DNA of 64,000 nt from a virus. The DNA is taken from the IMG/VR virus record IMGVR_UViG_3300027895_000001, positions 1 to 64,000 of that record; one strand, given 5' to 3'. The notes beneath the pieces were generated by a model, which saw only the letters and a list, made by a program, of their open reading frames with translations, did no database searches and was not told where the DNA came from. Of the stretch, positions 24,414 to 33,608 are shown in pieces (positions within the stretch are counted from its first letter, which is position 1; each line of letters opens with the position of its first letter). The position numbers were made by a program, and so were the translations under genes.

Positions 24414-24820
24414 GCAACCGCGGCATCAAGCTCGACAATTCCAAGGAGGAATCACGCATGACCACCAAGTATCTGATCGGCTGCATAGTCTGTATCATGC
24501 TCGTCGTTGGCGGAGGTATCGCCCTCGCGTCCCGCCACGCTAAGTCATCCAGCGCGTGCGTCGCCAAGGCCGACGAGCAGTGCCCCCCGGACGACGACTA
24601 CACCGCCCTCTCCGAGTTCCAGGCGCGGTGGAAGGCTCCGCAGGACCAGCTCGACCTGATGAACGGCAAGGTGACGCGGCTCATGCAGACAACGCCGCAG
24701 GGGTATCACTTCGACCTCTCTCGGGTGAAGTATGTGAAGAATGCACCGCCACCGACGCCATCCGCGCCACCTTCGACTCCGACTCCCATACCGCTGCCCA
24801 CGGAGCCGACGCGTAGGTAA
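24410..24820 (+). CDS. membrane-anchored hypothetical protein (Pro-rich C-terminus)
   Basis: ATG 24410 overlaps the upstream stop (ATGA). An alternative ATG at 24458 has a strong AAGGAGG. TM segment YLIGCIVCIMLVVGGGIALA. Confidence 0.55.
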   Translation: MSNRGIKLDNSKEESRMTTKYLIGCIVCIMLVVGGGIALASRHAKSSSACVAKADEQCPPDDDYTALSEFQARWKAPQDQLDLMNGKVTRLMQTTPQGYHFDLSRVKYVKNAPPPTPSAPPSTPTPIPLPTEPTRR

Positions 24821-25494
24821 TGACCTCCGACTTCCAATCTCCGACGCTGCCGCCCGCGCCTCCGTTCGCGCCCGCGCCGATCAACGACGAGGAGCCCTCC
24901 CCCTCCCCTGACACCTGCGAGGCTCCCGAAGCCCCCGACGCCTTCGACCGCTTCTGCGAGGCCCTCGACGACGCGCTCGACCCGGACGAGATGTCCACCT
25001 CGCTCCCGTCCCTGACCGTGTCGCAGACCTACCCGCAGTGGTGTCGGCGCTGTGGCTATGGCCGCCTCTACGGTACGTGGCTGGCGCGCACCGAGCACCC
25101 GCGCGGCTGTCCCAACTGCCACACGTCCTACTGGGACATCCCCGCCAAGACTGCTCGCGGTAAGATCCCCGACTTCCTCACCACGCAGGAGGCCGAGCGG
25201 CGCCGCCGGGAGCGCAACGACGAGCGCCGACGCTACCGCCACCTCGCGATGGTCCGGGCGCTGGCGGAGGAACTCGGCGTGTCGATCGTCGATCCGCGGA
25301 CGGAGAAGCCACCGCGACCGAGGAAGCCACGCCGCCCACCAGACAAGCCGAAGACACGGATCACGCCGCGAGTGGACACCATCGCTGCGCCGCCATCACC
25401 CGCCGTCGCAGGGCCGCCGATGCCGCCGCTGGCCTTTCGCCGCACGGTGCCGCCGCCGCCGGGGATCGAAGAGTTGGAATCGGAGAAGCCATGA
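24820..25494 (+). CDS. hypothetical Pro-rich protein with zinc ribbon
   Basis: CRRCG...CPNC. TAATG junction with the upstream gene. Confidence 0.6.
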   Translation: MTSDFQSPTLPPAPPFAPAPINDEEPSPSPDTCEAPEAPDAFDRFCEALDDALDPDEMSTSLPSLTVSQTYPQWCRRCGYGRLYGTWLARTEHPRGCPNCHTSYWDIPAKTARGKIPDFLTTQEAERRRRERNDERRRYRHLAMVRALAEELGVSIVDPRTEKPPRPRKPRRPPDKPKTRITPRVDTIAAPPSPAVAGPPMPPLAFRRTVPPPPGIEELESEKP

Positions 25495-25802
25495 TATCTC
25501 CCACCACTCCCTCTGCCGCCATCACCTCGACCCCCCGCTTCCGGGAGATCGCCGCTCGCCGCTGGGACGACTGGTCGGCGGCGACGCTCATCTGGCTGGG
25601 ACAGCACTCCCTCTCCTATAACCTCGATGCCTGCCGCTGCCTGCATCGCGAGTGGCTGGCCTCCCTCCTCGCGCGTGGCATCCCCCTGCGTGTGATCCGC
25701 CGCCTCTCACTCGACGACCCTCGGGAGTCCCGCTTGGAGTTGGAGCGCCGGGCGCAGGAGTACACTGATCGCAGACTACGACGCAGCACAAAGGAGCACT
25801 GA
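25491..25802 (+). CDS. hypothetical protein
   Basis: ATGA overlap with the upstream stop. 103 aa. Confidence 0.55.
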   Translation: MISPTTPSAAITSTPRFREIAARRWDDWSAATLIWLGQHSLSYNLDACRCLHREWLASLLARGIPLRVIRRLSLDDPRESRLELERRAQEYTDRRLRRSTKEH

Positions 25803-25804
25803 CA

Positions 25805-26329
25805 ATGTCACCCACATCACGTGAACTCGTATCGAACAAGCCACTCGCCGGAACCGAACTCGCCCAGATCATCCTCGCCGACGCCGCCCGCATCCTCGGC
25901 GACCACGGCCTGCTCGCGGGCCAGTCCGCCTACTCGCGTATCGCCTACGACCTCCGCCTGACCCTGCACCTCGACCTGCCGTCGATGCCGACCAGCGTCG
26001 ACCACGTGACCTCCCGGCCTCGCGCCACGGATGAGATCGCGTCCAACCCTTCCTTGGCGGCCATCGAGGCCGCGCCGCCACTCGCCTCGCCGCGATCCCC
26101 GGACGCGATCCTGCACGCGGTCGAAGTCTCGCGCGATATCCAATCTCCCAACCTCGCCCGCGTCGAGCACTCCCTGCCGATCGAGGTCAGCGTCACCGGG
26201 CAGGACGGCCACGCGACGGAGCGCCTCGTCACGTATCACTCGTCCGACGTGGGCATGCGGCCCGAGGAGTTCGTCGAGCCGGGGCTGCGCGACGTGACGG
26301 ACGAGGTGAGGAAGGAGCTGGGACTGTGA
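25805..26329 (+). CDS. hypothetical protein
   Basis: 174-aa track ORF, starting 2 nt after the upstream stop. Confidence 0.6.
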   Translation: MSPTSRELVSNKPLAGTELAQIILADAARILGDHGLLAGQSAYSRIAYDLRLTLHLDLPSMPTSVDHVTSRPRATDEIASNPSLAAIEAAPPLASPRSPDAILHAVEVSRDIQSPNLARVEHSLPIEVSVTGQDGHATERLVTYHSSDVGMRPEEFVEPGLRDVTDEVRKELGL

Positions 26330-26517
26330 TCCGAGTGTTGCCGAGGGCGCTCGTCCTGCTGCGCCGCATCGCCGACGCGCTCGACCGCGCCCACCCGGCC
26401 CCGCCGCGTCGTGTGCGCCGCCCGCTGGAGATGTCCGTGTCCACCAACGAGGACTTCGAGCGTGGCTACTCTGCGTCTCGCTCGCCCTTTGACGATTCCG
26501 AGGAGCCCGCGCCGTGA
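26326..26517 (+). CDS. hypothetical small protein (GTG start)
   Basis: GTGA overlaps at both ends. Confidence 0.45.
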   Translation: MIRVLPRALVLLRRIADALDRAHPAPPRRVRRPLEMSVSTNEDFERGYSASRSPFDDSEEPAP

Positions 26518-27227
26518 CCACTCCCCGCGCCCACAAGGCTCGCACCCTCGCCGCCGGCTACGCGCGCCTCGGCGTCCAGCCGAACTCCGTCCTCCTCGCG
26601 CCGAAGGTGACGCACCTCCTCTCGTCCATGCGCGGCGGCATCCCCAAAGCCATCGAATACCTGCGCGCCTCCGCCGAACCCGCCGCGCGCGCCTTCATCC
26701 TCATGTACGACGACCCCTCCCTGTCGCTGAAGATCCGCGACGCGCTCCCACTGGAAGCGTTCTGCCTCGCCGCCAAGCTCGACCCGACCGACCTGCTCGC
26801 GCCGATCACCCGCGTCGCCCACCTGCACGGTGCGATGCTGGGCGCGGTCAAGGCCGCCGAGCGCCATCCGGAGATCGTCGACGCCTCCCTCGCAGCGGCG
26901 GTCACGCCCGACGGAGTCGAGGACCGTATGGCCAACCTCAAGCACATGGGCTACCTGCCATCTCCGCGTGGCTCCTCGGTCAACGTTCAGGTGAACGCGT
27001 CCGCTACGGCCGCCGCCGCTGCGAAGTCCGACGCCGCGTCCCTGTCGACGCCGGAGGAGACGATCCGCCGGATCATCGAGCGGCGCCAGCAGGTAGCGTC
27101 ACTCACGCCAGCCGCCACGCAGCCCGCGCTCCCCGCCCCCGTGCCGGAGTCGGTGCCAGCGTTCATGCCGCGTGAGGCGCGGGAGCCGGTGACGGTGGAC
27201 GCGGACTACGAGGAGGCCGACGAATGA
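26514..27227 (+). CDS. candidate terminase small subunit (by position only)
   Basis: 237 aa, immediately upstream of the HNH + TerL pair; acidic C-terminus. No motif recognised. Confidence 0.4.
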   Translation: MTTPRAHKARTLAAGYARLGVQPNSVLLAPKVTHLLSSMRGGIPKAIEYLRASAEPAARAFILMYDDPSLSLKIRDALPLEAFCLAAKLDPTDLLAPITRVAHLHGAMLGAVKAAERHPEIVDASLAAAVTPDGVEDRMANLKHMGYLPSPRGSSVNVQVNASATAAAAAKSDAASLSTPEETIRRIIERRQQVASLTPAATQPALPAPVPESVPAFMPREAREPVTVDADYEEADE

Positions 27228-27652
27228 CGCTGGAGGAACGTTTGTGGTCGAAGGTATCTCCCGAACCAATGTCAGGCTGTTGGTTGTGGACCGGAGCTTT
27301 ATCAAGTGGATATGCAAGTCTAGGGTCGGGAGCTTACGCACATCGGGTATATTACGAACTCACGCGAGGAAAGATACCAGACGGTTTGGAATTGGATCAT
27401 AAATGTCGAGTACCTTGTTGTGTTAATCCCGATCACCTTGAACCAGTAACTCACCGTGAAAATATGCGGCGAGGTAATTTTGAGAAAGTTCGTCAACGAT
27501 TCGTCAAGTTTCGTGCCATTGGCAAATGCAAGCGTGGTCATGTTTTTGCAGAAGTAGGCAGGATGAACGCCAAGGGCAGGCTGGGGATGTGTCGAGTTTG
27601 TTACCTAATAAGTCGAGAGAAAAGCCGTGTATCACGCAGACAAAATCGCTAG
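27224..27652 (+). CDS. HNH homing endonuclease (terminase-associated position)
   Basis: LELDHKCRVPCCVNPDHLEPVTHRENMRR core plus a KCKRGH...CRVC zinc ribbon. ATGA overlap with the upstream stop. AT-rich. Confidence 0.85.
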   Translation: MTLEERLWSKVSPEPMSGCWLWTGALSSGYASLGSGAYAHRVYYELTRGKIPDGLELDHKCRVPCCVNPDHLEPVTHRENMRRGNFEKVRQRFVKFRAIGKCKRGHVFAEVGRMNAKGRLGMCRVCYLISREKSRVSRRQNR

Positions 27653-29870
27653 TCGGATAAAGAATGAGATCGAGAATGTGTTCGGCTTTACTCCAACTCG
27701 ACACACCATAGAAGAAGTGTCCGCATTTGATGAATGGCTCAAGGCTGAGGGCAAATATATTTACGACGCTAACGGCCAAGCACAATCCTGCCAAAACCTA
27801 GAGCCTTGGGAACGCCAGTGGATGCTGAACGAACGTTGCATGGTTATGGCAGATGCGATGTATGGCATCACACGCTACGGTTGGCTAATTGACGAAGAGG
27901 GAGTTATCAAGCGCTTTTGGCCTCGCGTGGCACAGTCAATCCTCTTCGGAATCATTGGCGATCTAGAGTCGCAGGATGTAGCGATAGAGATACAGGCGTT
28001 GAAGGCTCGTCAATTAGGGATCACAAGTATTATCGAGCTTCTCATCATGCTACGCATTGTCTTCAGTTATGGCGTGAACGCTGTAATTGCGAGCGCAGAC
28101 CAACAGAAGTCTCTGATGATGGCCAAGAAGCTATTCATGGCTTACGATATGCTTCCTTGCTGGCTCCGTCCACACTCTACTGCACGTGTCGAGAGTGATC
28201 GAGGCAAACTAGAGTTTGGCTACCTCAATTCGGGCGTATCTATTCAACACGGAAATCAAATGTCAGGTATTGCTCGTGGCTCTACGCCTACTATTTATCA
28301 TCTTTCGGAGGCCGCTAGTTTTTCTAACGCTAGTGAGCAGATTGAGGCGGCTTTGTTCAAAGCAGTACATCCATCACCATCAATATTTGGAATCTTAGAG
28401 TCCACTGGTGAGGGCGATACAGGCTGGTGGGCGGATACTTGGAGATTCTCCAAGGCTAACTATGCGTCGCGGCAGTCACGGTTGTTCCCGCTATTCCTTC
28501 CTTGGTTCGTTGGTCTCGACATTTACCCCAAACCTGCGTGGCTGCGTGCTCATCCAGTACCGCCATCGTTTTATGAAAACCGTCTACCTGATACCAGAGA
28601 GCATGTTACCAAGGCTGAGTTGTATGTGCGTACACACGACATGATTCGTAGGCATCTTTGTGTAGAACATAAAGAGTTGAGCAAGGAGGGCAAGAGTAAC
28701 TGGTGGTTAGATGGCACCATGCCGATCGAACAGCAGTGGTGGTGGGAGGTGGGACACGAAGAGGCGAAAGCTAAATCCCTAGAAGGTACGTGGTACCAAG
28801 AAACCGCAGGCGACGACGTAGAGGCCCTCCAACGCTCGTCCGAGTCCGTGTTCGGCTACGACGTGATGTCCCGCGTCGACCGCGACCGCACCCGCGACTA
28901 CTCCGTCTACGGCCTTAGCGGCCAGTCCATCGAGGACGACTACGAGCCCGACCCCGACGACATCGACTACCAGAAGCCGCGCATCCCTGTCCTCTACCGC
29001 AATCCTCGCGGCCCGGTCTACAACTGGGAGCTGATCCCTCTCCACTGGGACCACGCTCGCGTCGAGTCGTGGAAGAAGACGAACCCGGACGCGTTCTGGG
29101 ACTACGGCCAAGGCCGCCTGTTCGTGTGGCACCCACCCCGGCCCGGCGTCCTCTACTCCATCGGCATCGACTCCGGCGAGGGCCACGGGCAGGACTCGAC
29201 CGTCATCAACGTCTGCGAACTCGCGCCCCGCGCCGGGATGCCAGACATCCAGGCCGCCGAGTTCCGCTCCTGCTACGTGTCTCACGTCCAAGTCTACGCG
29301 TTCGTGATGGCTATCGCGGCGTGGTATGCGTCCGCCATGACCGTCGAGAACCTGCGCTGGAACCAGCCTCTCGTCGCGCCGGAGGTGGTCGCGTCCGTCG
29401 GCGACATCTGCCTCGTCCAGATGCGCCAGATGGGCTACCACAACTTCTTCCGCTTCCAGCGCTACGACAACGCCAAGTCCACCAAGTCGAACAAACTCGG
29501 CTGGTACACATTCTCATGGTCGCGCCCCATCCTGATCGGCTCGTTCATCGACACCATCGAGCAAGGCTGGTATCAACTCAACTCCCCGTGGACGCTGCAC
29601 GAGTGCGAGCACTTCGAATCCCACTCGACCGCATCCGGCAAGGTTAAGCAGGAGCACGAGGACGGCGAGCACGACGACGGGATCTTCGCCTCCGCCATAT
29701 CCATCGAGATCGTGCGCGGGCGGCAGTCGAAGACGGAGCGTTCGAAGAAGCGGTTCATGGGCGACGCGGAAGCCTCCCGCCTGCCCGCGCTCGATCTCAG
29801 CCCATGCGCCACGACCTTTCCGTCACGTGGGATCGACAACCTCATCGTGAATAACTTGGACGATCTCTAA
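27627..29870 (+). CDS. terL: terminase large subunit
   Basis: KARQLGITS resembles the lambda gpA-type deviant Walker A (KSARVGYS), and IYHLSEAA is Walker B-like. 747 aa, located between the HNH and the portal. GTG start inside the HNH 3' end. The N-terminal ~390 codons are AT-rich and the rest is GC-rich. Confidence 0.85.
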   Translation: MYHADKIASRIKNEIENVFGFTPTRHTIEEVSAFDEWLKAEGKYIYDANGQAQSCQNLEPWERQWMLNERCMVMADAMYGITRYGWLIDEEGVIKRFWPRVAQSILFGIIGDLESQDVAIEIQALKARQLGITSIIELLIMLRIVFSYGVNAVIASADQQKSLMMAKKLFMAYDMLPCWLRPHSTARVESDRGKLEFGYLNSGVSIQHGNQMSGIARGSTPTIYHLSEAASFSNASEQIEAALFKAVHPSPSIFGILESTGEGDTGWWADTWRFSKANYASRQSRLFPLFLPWFVGLDIYPKPAWLRAHPVPPSFYENRLPDTREHVTKAELYVRTHDMIRRHLCVEHKELSKEGKSNWWLDGTMPIEQQWWWEVGHEEAKAKSLEGTWYQETAGDDVEALQRSSESVFGYDVMSRVDRDRTRDYSVYGLSGQSIEDDYEPDPDDIDYQKPRIPVLYRNPRGPVYNWELIPLHWDHARVESWKKTNPDAFWDYGQGRLFVWHPPRPGVLYSIGIDSGEGHGQDSTVINVCELAPRAGMPDIQAAEFRSCYVSHVQVYAFVMAIAAWYASAMTVENLRWNQPLVAPEVVASVGDICLVQMRQMGYHNFFRFQRYDNAKSTKSNKLGWYTFSWSRPILIGSFIDTIEQGWYQLNSPWTLHECEHFESHSTASGKVKQEHEDGEHDDGIFASAISIEIVRGRQSKTERSKKRFMGDAEASRLPALDLSPCATTFPSRGIDNLIVNNLDDL

Positions 29871-29908
29871 CACTCGTGCTATCGTGTGCGACAGGGGGAC
29901 GACTGCCG

Positions 29909-30325
29909 ATGGCGATTCACCTCAAATACTTCGAGCGCTCCAATGGCGACATCCTCCTCCCACCTTCCGACGACACTCCCTGCCCCTCCGACTGCATCGC
30001 CCGCGAGGCCAACACTCTGACCGAGGTCGACGCGCTCCAGCGCCGCCTCCAGCAGGCCACCTACGCCCGCTGCCAGCGCGAACTCCAGCGCGACGAGGAA
30101 GCCTTCGCCGCAGCGCGGGAGGACGTACGATCCCGCCTCACGTCGCGCATCGCATCCTCCGCGACTTCCGAGTACGAGCGCGAATTCCTGCGCAGCTACA
30201 TCCAACTCCGCGAGGAGAAGCGCGACAAATACCGCGCGCGATTCACCTGTGACACTGCGTATCTAGAATTAAGAGAAAATGATAAACCCAGAAATGTTGA
30301 GGAACTTCTCAAGGAGTCTCTGTGA
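29909..30325 (+). CDS. hypothetical protein
   Basis: Start at MAIHLKY (GGGGGA upstream) within track ORF 29876-30325. Confidence 0.55.
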   Translation: MAIHLKYFERSNGDILLPPSDDTPCPSDCIAREANTLTEVDALQRRLQQATYARCQRELQRDEEAFAAAREDVRSRLTSRIASSATSEYEREFLRSYIQLREEKRDKYRARFTCDTAYLELRENDKPRNVEELLKESL

Positions 30326-30504
30326 ACGGAGATGTAGCGATGGGGATGTTCTTCGCGATGGAAGAAGCTATTCGTGCTCATCCACACGATGGGCTCGTTT
30401 ACGAGGATTGCTATGTGCGTGTGGTGCGTGAAAACGGAACGATAGTTATGATCGGACAGCCCTTGCGATCACCCTTCATGTATACGACAGCGGAGTCATG
30501 CTGA
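30322..30504 (+). CDS. hypothetical small protein (GTG start)
   Basis: GTGA overlap with the upstream stop; AT-rich; 60 aa. Confidence 0.4.
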   Translation: MNGDVAMGMFFAMEEAIRAHPHDGLVYEDCYVRVVRENGTIVMIGQPLRSPFMYTTAESC

Positions 30505-32534
30505 TGGGCTACGACGACCAGCGCCGCGACGGCAAGCTCTGGGAGTGGCAGTGTCCTCCCGCCGCCACCCCTGTCGAGCGCCGCCTCGGCTGGATCAACG
30601 ACAACACGGAGCAAGGAATCTCGTGGCTCAAGTCTCAGCGCGGCCACACCGACTGGCGCAAGGCCCTCGACGTGATCTCCGGCACCGTCGGCCCGCAGCC
30701 TGTCCGCTATCGCTCCACGCTCAACACGAACCACCTGAAGCGCAACATCCGTGAGGTCACCGGCGCGCTGGCCAAGCTCCGCCCTCTGTGGGGCTACTCC
30801 TCCGACAACCCCGCCTTCGCGCCCAACGCCCAACTCTTCAACCTCTACGTGCGCGCCTGGTATCTCGAAACCTTCGCCGACGTGAAAATTAAAGAGGCCC
30901 TCCAGTACGCCGCTGCGACCTGCACCGGCTGGATACGCCCGGTCTACTCGCGGGACTTCGGCGGCCAGGGCTCCGGCGCCGTCCGCCTCCTGTCCTACGG
31001 CGCGCCTTGCATCCTGCCAACGCAGCTCCCTCCCTCGGGGGACTTCCAGCAGGCCTACGCGATGACCATCCTCGACGAGATGCCGGTGTACATGGCGCAC
31101 GGGATGTTCCACGACTTTCAGGACCAACTCCGCCCGACGACCTCCCTCTACTGGTACTCGAACGAGATCCGCAAGGCCGCGCAGGGCAACCTGTGGCAGC
31201 GTATGTTCTCGTTCGGCAAGTCCACTGGCGGGACGCCCGGCGTCGGCGAGTTCATGGTGCCAATTCGCTACACCTACATCATCGATCTCACGCACAACAC
31301 GACCCAGCGGGACATCCCGATGGGCGAGTCCGGCACGTCGTGGGCGTATACGGTCAAGCCGGGCGAACTCCTCTACCCTTACCGCCGACTCCTCATCTCC
31401 TCCGAGGCCTGCGTCATGTACGACGGTCCCTCTTTCGACTGGCACGGGCGCTTCCCCGCGATCCCGTTCTCGCTCGACAAGTGGCCGTGGGAGCCTCTGG
31501 GCCTGTCGATGGTGCGCGACGGGTATGACATCCAGCAGTCGATGACCGAGATCGAGCGTGGGACGATGGACAAAGAACGCGCCAAGCTCGACCCGGCACT
31601 TGGCTACGACATCAACTCCGTTACCAAGAAGGAAGCGGCACAGTTCGACCCCATGCAGCCACGCGCGCGTGTGGGCTACGACGGCGCACAGGCGACGAAG
31701 CCGTTCGAGCCTCCCGTCGACCCTCGCATCTACGAGACCACCGACACCACGCTCAAGTTCTACGACCTCCTGAAGAACGCGATGGACGAGCAGCAAGGGA
31801 TCAAAGACGTGATGGCGCTCGCGAAAGCGCGCATGGCGGGCGACGACCTCGAAAAGCTACTCGAAGCTAACGGCCCGATCATTGAGGACATGTCCCGTGC
31901 GATGGAGCCGCCGATGCGCGAGATGGCGGACCAGATTAAGTTCGTCGTCCTGCAGTACGTCCCTCCAGCACGCATCATGCAGATCGTAGGCGAGGACGCG
32001 ATGACGCTCGAAGCGTTCGATTACAAGCCGGAGACGATGGTCCCTTCTCACCTGCCCGGCGAGGATCCCGGCACCGACGAGAGTAATCCGAAGCCGTCGA
32101 AGCATCCGCAGGGAGAGCGCGCGCGCATCTTCGCCTCCAACCTGCGCTTCATCATCACGCCACGCTCTCTGCACGAACTCACGCAGATGTCGATGCGCCT
32201 CGGCCTGATCCAACTCAAGAAGGCGGGAGTGCAGATCGACTCGCAGACCATCGCCGATGCGTGGTCGGTGCCCAACTACGGCACCATCGAAGGCTCAACG
32301 GTGCAAGAGAAGTTCCAGACGGAGCAGCGCAACAATCTCATCTTCGCGGCGCAGATGAAGGAGCTGGGAATGTCGCTCACCGAGGGCGGCCAAATGAACG
32401 CCGCTGGCGCACAGGCGGGCGGCAAGCAGCAGGAGGGACGGCCACCATCCGGCCAGCAGGCGCCGCAACTTGTGCAGAAGCCCGACGGCCGCTCTACGAT
32501 CACCGAGAGCGAGGGAGGGGGAAGAGTCGTATGA
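30498..32534 (+). CDS. portal protein (by size and position)
   Basis: 678 aa, directly downstream of terL and upstream of the scaffold/capsid genes. No specific motif claimed. Confidence 0.7.
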   Translation: MLMGYDDQRRDGKLWEWQCPPAATPVERRLGWINDNTEQGISWLKSQRGHTDWRKALDVISGTVGPQPVRYRSTLNTNHLKRNIREVTGALAKLRPLWGYSSDNPAFAPNAQLFNLYVRAWYLETFADVKIKEALQYAAATCTGWIRPVYSRDFGGQGSGAVRLLSYGAPCILPTQLPPSGDFQQAYAMTILDEMPVYMAHGMFHDFQDQLRPTTSLYWYSNEIRKAAQGNLWQRMFSFGKSTGGTPGVGEFMVPIRYTYIIDLTHNTTQRDIPMGESGTSWAYTVKPGELLYPYRRLLISSEACVMYDGPSFDWHGRFPAIPFSLDKWPWEPLGLSMVRDGYDIQQSMTEIERGTMDKERAKLDPALGYDINSVTKKEAAQFDPMQPRARVGYDGAQATKPFEPPVDPRIYETTDTTLKFYDLLKNAMDEQQGIKDVMALAKARMAGDDLEKLLEANGPIIEDMSRAMEPPMREMADQIKFVVLQYVPPARIMQIVGEDAMTLEAFDYKPETMVPSHLPGEDPGTDESNPKPSKHPQGERARIFASNLRFIITPRSLHELTQMSMRLGLIQLKKAGVQIDSQTIADAWSVPNYGTIEGSTVQEKFQTEQRNNLIFAAQMKELGMSLTEGGQMNAAGAQAGGKQQEGRPPSGQQAPQLVQKPDGRSTITESEGGGRVV

Positions 32535-32764
32535 GTACAGCATCTTCACAACCGCAATACATCCCGCTACGCGTCGACAATACACACAAACTTGTACGTA
32601 CACGGATGTTCTTCCGCGACCGCCGTGACCTCTGTCAATTCCTCGCCGATATCGTGTGCCTGATTGAAGTCGAGCACACCACCGGACGCCTCTATCTCGA
32701 CTTCTCCGAGGGCCATTTCAACTCCGCACAGCTTGACGAATCCGCCGTCATCGAACCCTCGTAA
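32531..32764 (+). CDS. hypothetical protein
   Basis: ATG 32531 overlaps the portal stop (ATGA). 77 aa. Confidence 0.5.
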   Translation: MSTASSQPQYIPLRVDNTHKLVRTRMFFRDRRDLCQFLADIVCLIEVEHTTGRLYLDFSEGHFNSAQLDESAVIEPS

Positions 32765-32775
32765 CGAAATAGTCC

Positions 32776-32805
32776 TTGACATTGTTCTCTCTTCGTGCGT
32801 TTAAT
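32776..32805 (+). promoter_or_regulatory. sigma70-like promoter TTGACA-18-TTTAAT
   Basis: TTGACA 32776-32781 and TTTAAT 32800-32805, in an AT-rich intergenic stretch. Confidence 0.5.
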
Positions 32806-32866
32806 GTGGCTGGGATTCTTTGCTGGGCCTTGGCGAGTCACGGTACTCTCTGAGGCCACCAGAAAG

Positions 32867-32904
32867 GCTCGAAGCGCAAATCACGCTTCGGGCTTTTGTC
32901 GTTT
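32867..32904 (+). terminator. intrinsic terminator-like hairpin plus T-tract
   Basis: GCTCGAAGCG CAAATCA CGCTTCGGGC (10-bp stem with one U-G pair), followed by TTTTGTCGTTT. Confidence 0.6.
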
Positions 32905-32941
32905 ATGGCGGAATTCGAATCGCACAGAAGGGAGGTCACAC

Positions 32942-33004
32942 ATGTTGAGCTTTGGTCCTGTCGCCAATCGGCGTAAGAAAGGCAAGAAAGGCCACAAGAA
33001 ATAA
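32942..33004 (+). CDS. possible 20-aa highly basic peptide
   Basis: AAGGGAGG lies 6 nt before the ATG. Reads MLSFGPVANRRKKGKKGHKK. Very short, so uncertain. Confidence 0.3.
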   Translation: MLSFGPVANRRKKGKKGHKK

Positions 33005-33132
33005 CCGCCTCCTCACCCGGTGACGATACGCTTCGAGCGTGTCTCCGCATGAGGATCAACCGAGGTCAGGGGCGGGCGACCGTACCCACCCCTTCTACTA
33101 TCCCACTACCACACGACGAGCGAGGTCCGACG

Positions 33133-33300
33133 ATGGCATACGGCAAGAAACACGGTGGCGGAGCAGGCCGCGCCAAGCTGATGGGCACCAAGATCGGCAA
33201 CCACAAAGGCGGCGGAGGCTTCAAGCTCCACTCCGACATGAAAGAATCACACGCCAAGGGCCACTCTAAGGCTCCGAAGATGGCGCGGAAGGCGGTCTAG
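33133..33300 (+). CDS. small Gly/Lys/His-rich basic protein (55 aa)
   Basis: GAGG lies 7 nt before the ATG. Reads MAYGKKHGGGAGRAKLMGTKIGNHKGGGGFKLHSDMKESHAKGHSKAPKMARKAV. Confidence 0.5.
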   Translation: MAYGKKHGGGAGRAKLMGTKIGNHKGGGGFKLHSDMKESHAKGHSKAPKMARKAV

Positions 33301-33305
33301 CCTTA

Positions 33306-33599
33306 ATGGCGACCGCACCGATGGCGACTGTGCCGCCTCCTCCAGGAGGCCAGATGCCCGATCCGCCCAAGAATGGCGCGGACGCATCTCCGGCACCGCC
33401 ACAGCCCTCGCCGCAACTGGAATCCGGGTCACGATTGGTGATCCAGACGGTACAGGCGCTACGCAAGCTGGGACAGGACTTCCCGGCGGCGCAGCCCGCG
33501 ATCACGAAGATCAACGATCTGTTGCGCGAAGTCCAGATGAAGGTCATGGCCGGATCGAAGCCGACCGAGCCAGCAGCACCGCCGGCACCGTCGGCGTAG
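33306..33599 (+). CDS. hypothetical protein (Pro-rich ends, helical centre)
   Basis: 97-aa track ORF. Confidence 0.55.
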   Translation: MATAPMATVPPPPGGQMPDPPKNGADASPAPPQPSPQLESGSRLVIQTVQALRKLGQDFPAAQPAITKINDLLREVQMKVMAGSKPTEPAAPPAPSA

Positions 33600-33608
33600 G
33601 AGGCAACA

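Noticed and set aside
30411-31796. 461-aa minus-strand ORF opposite the portal gene. Similar long antisense ORFs occur at 57746-59008, 25817-26545, 38301-38945, 28779-29441, 754-1530 and 62470-63168.
   Set aside because: These are Arg/Gly/Val/Asp-rich shadow frames typical of GC-rich DNA. They have no RBS or motifs, and each fully overlaps a better-supported sense gene in a consistently coupled operon.
32806-32904. tRNA or tmRNA-like gene between promoter and terminator
   Set aside because: No acceptor stem/T-arm (GTTCRANNC) arrangement or cloverleaf could be drawn. It is treated as a leader or small RNA instead.
32795-33004. 69-aa track ORF
   Set aside because: It would start inside the promoter and read through the terminator hairpin. 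Only the last 20 codons, preceded by AAGGGAGG, look plausible.
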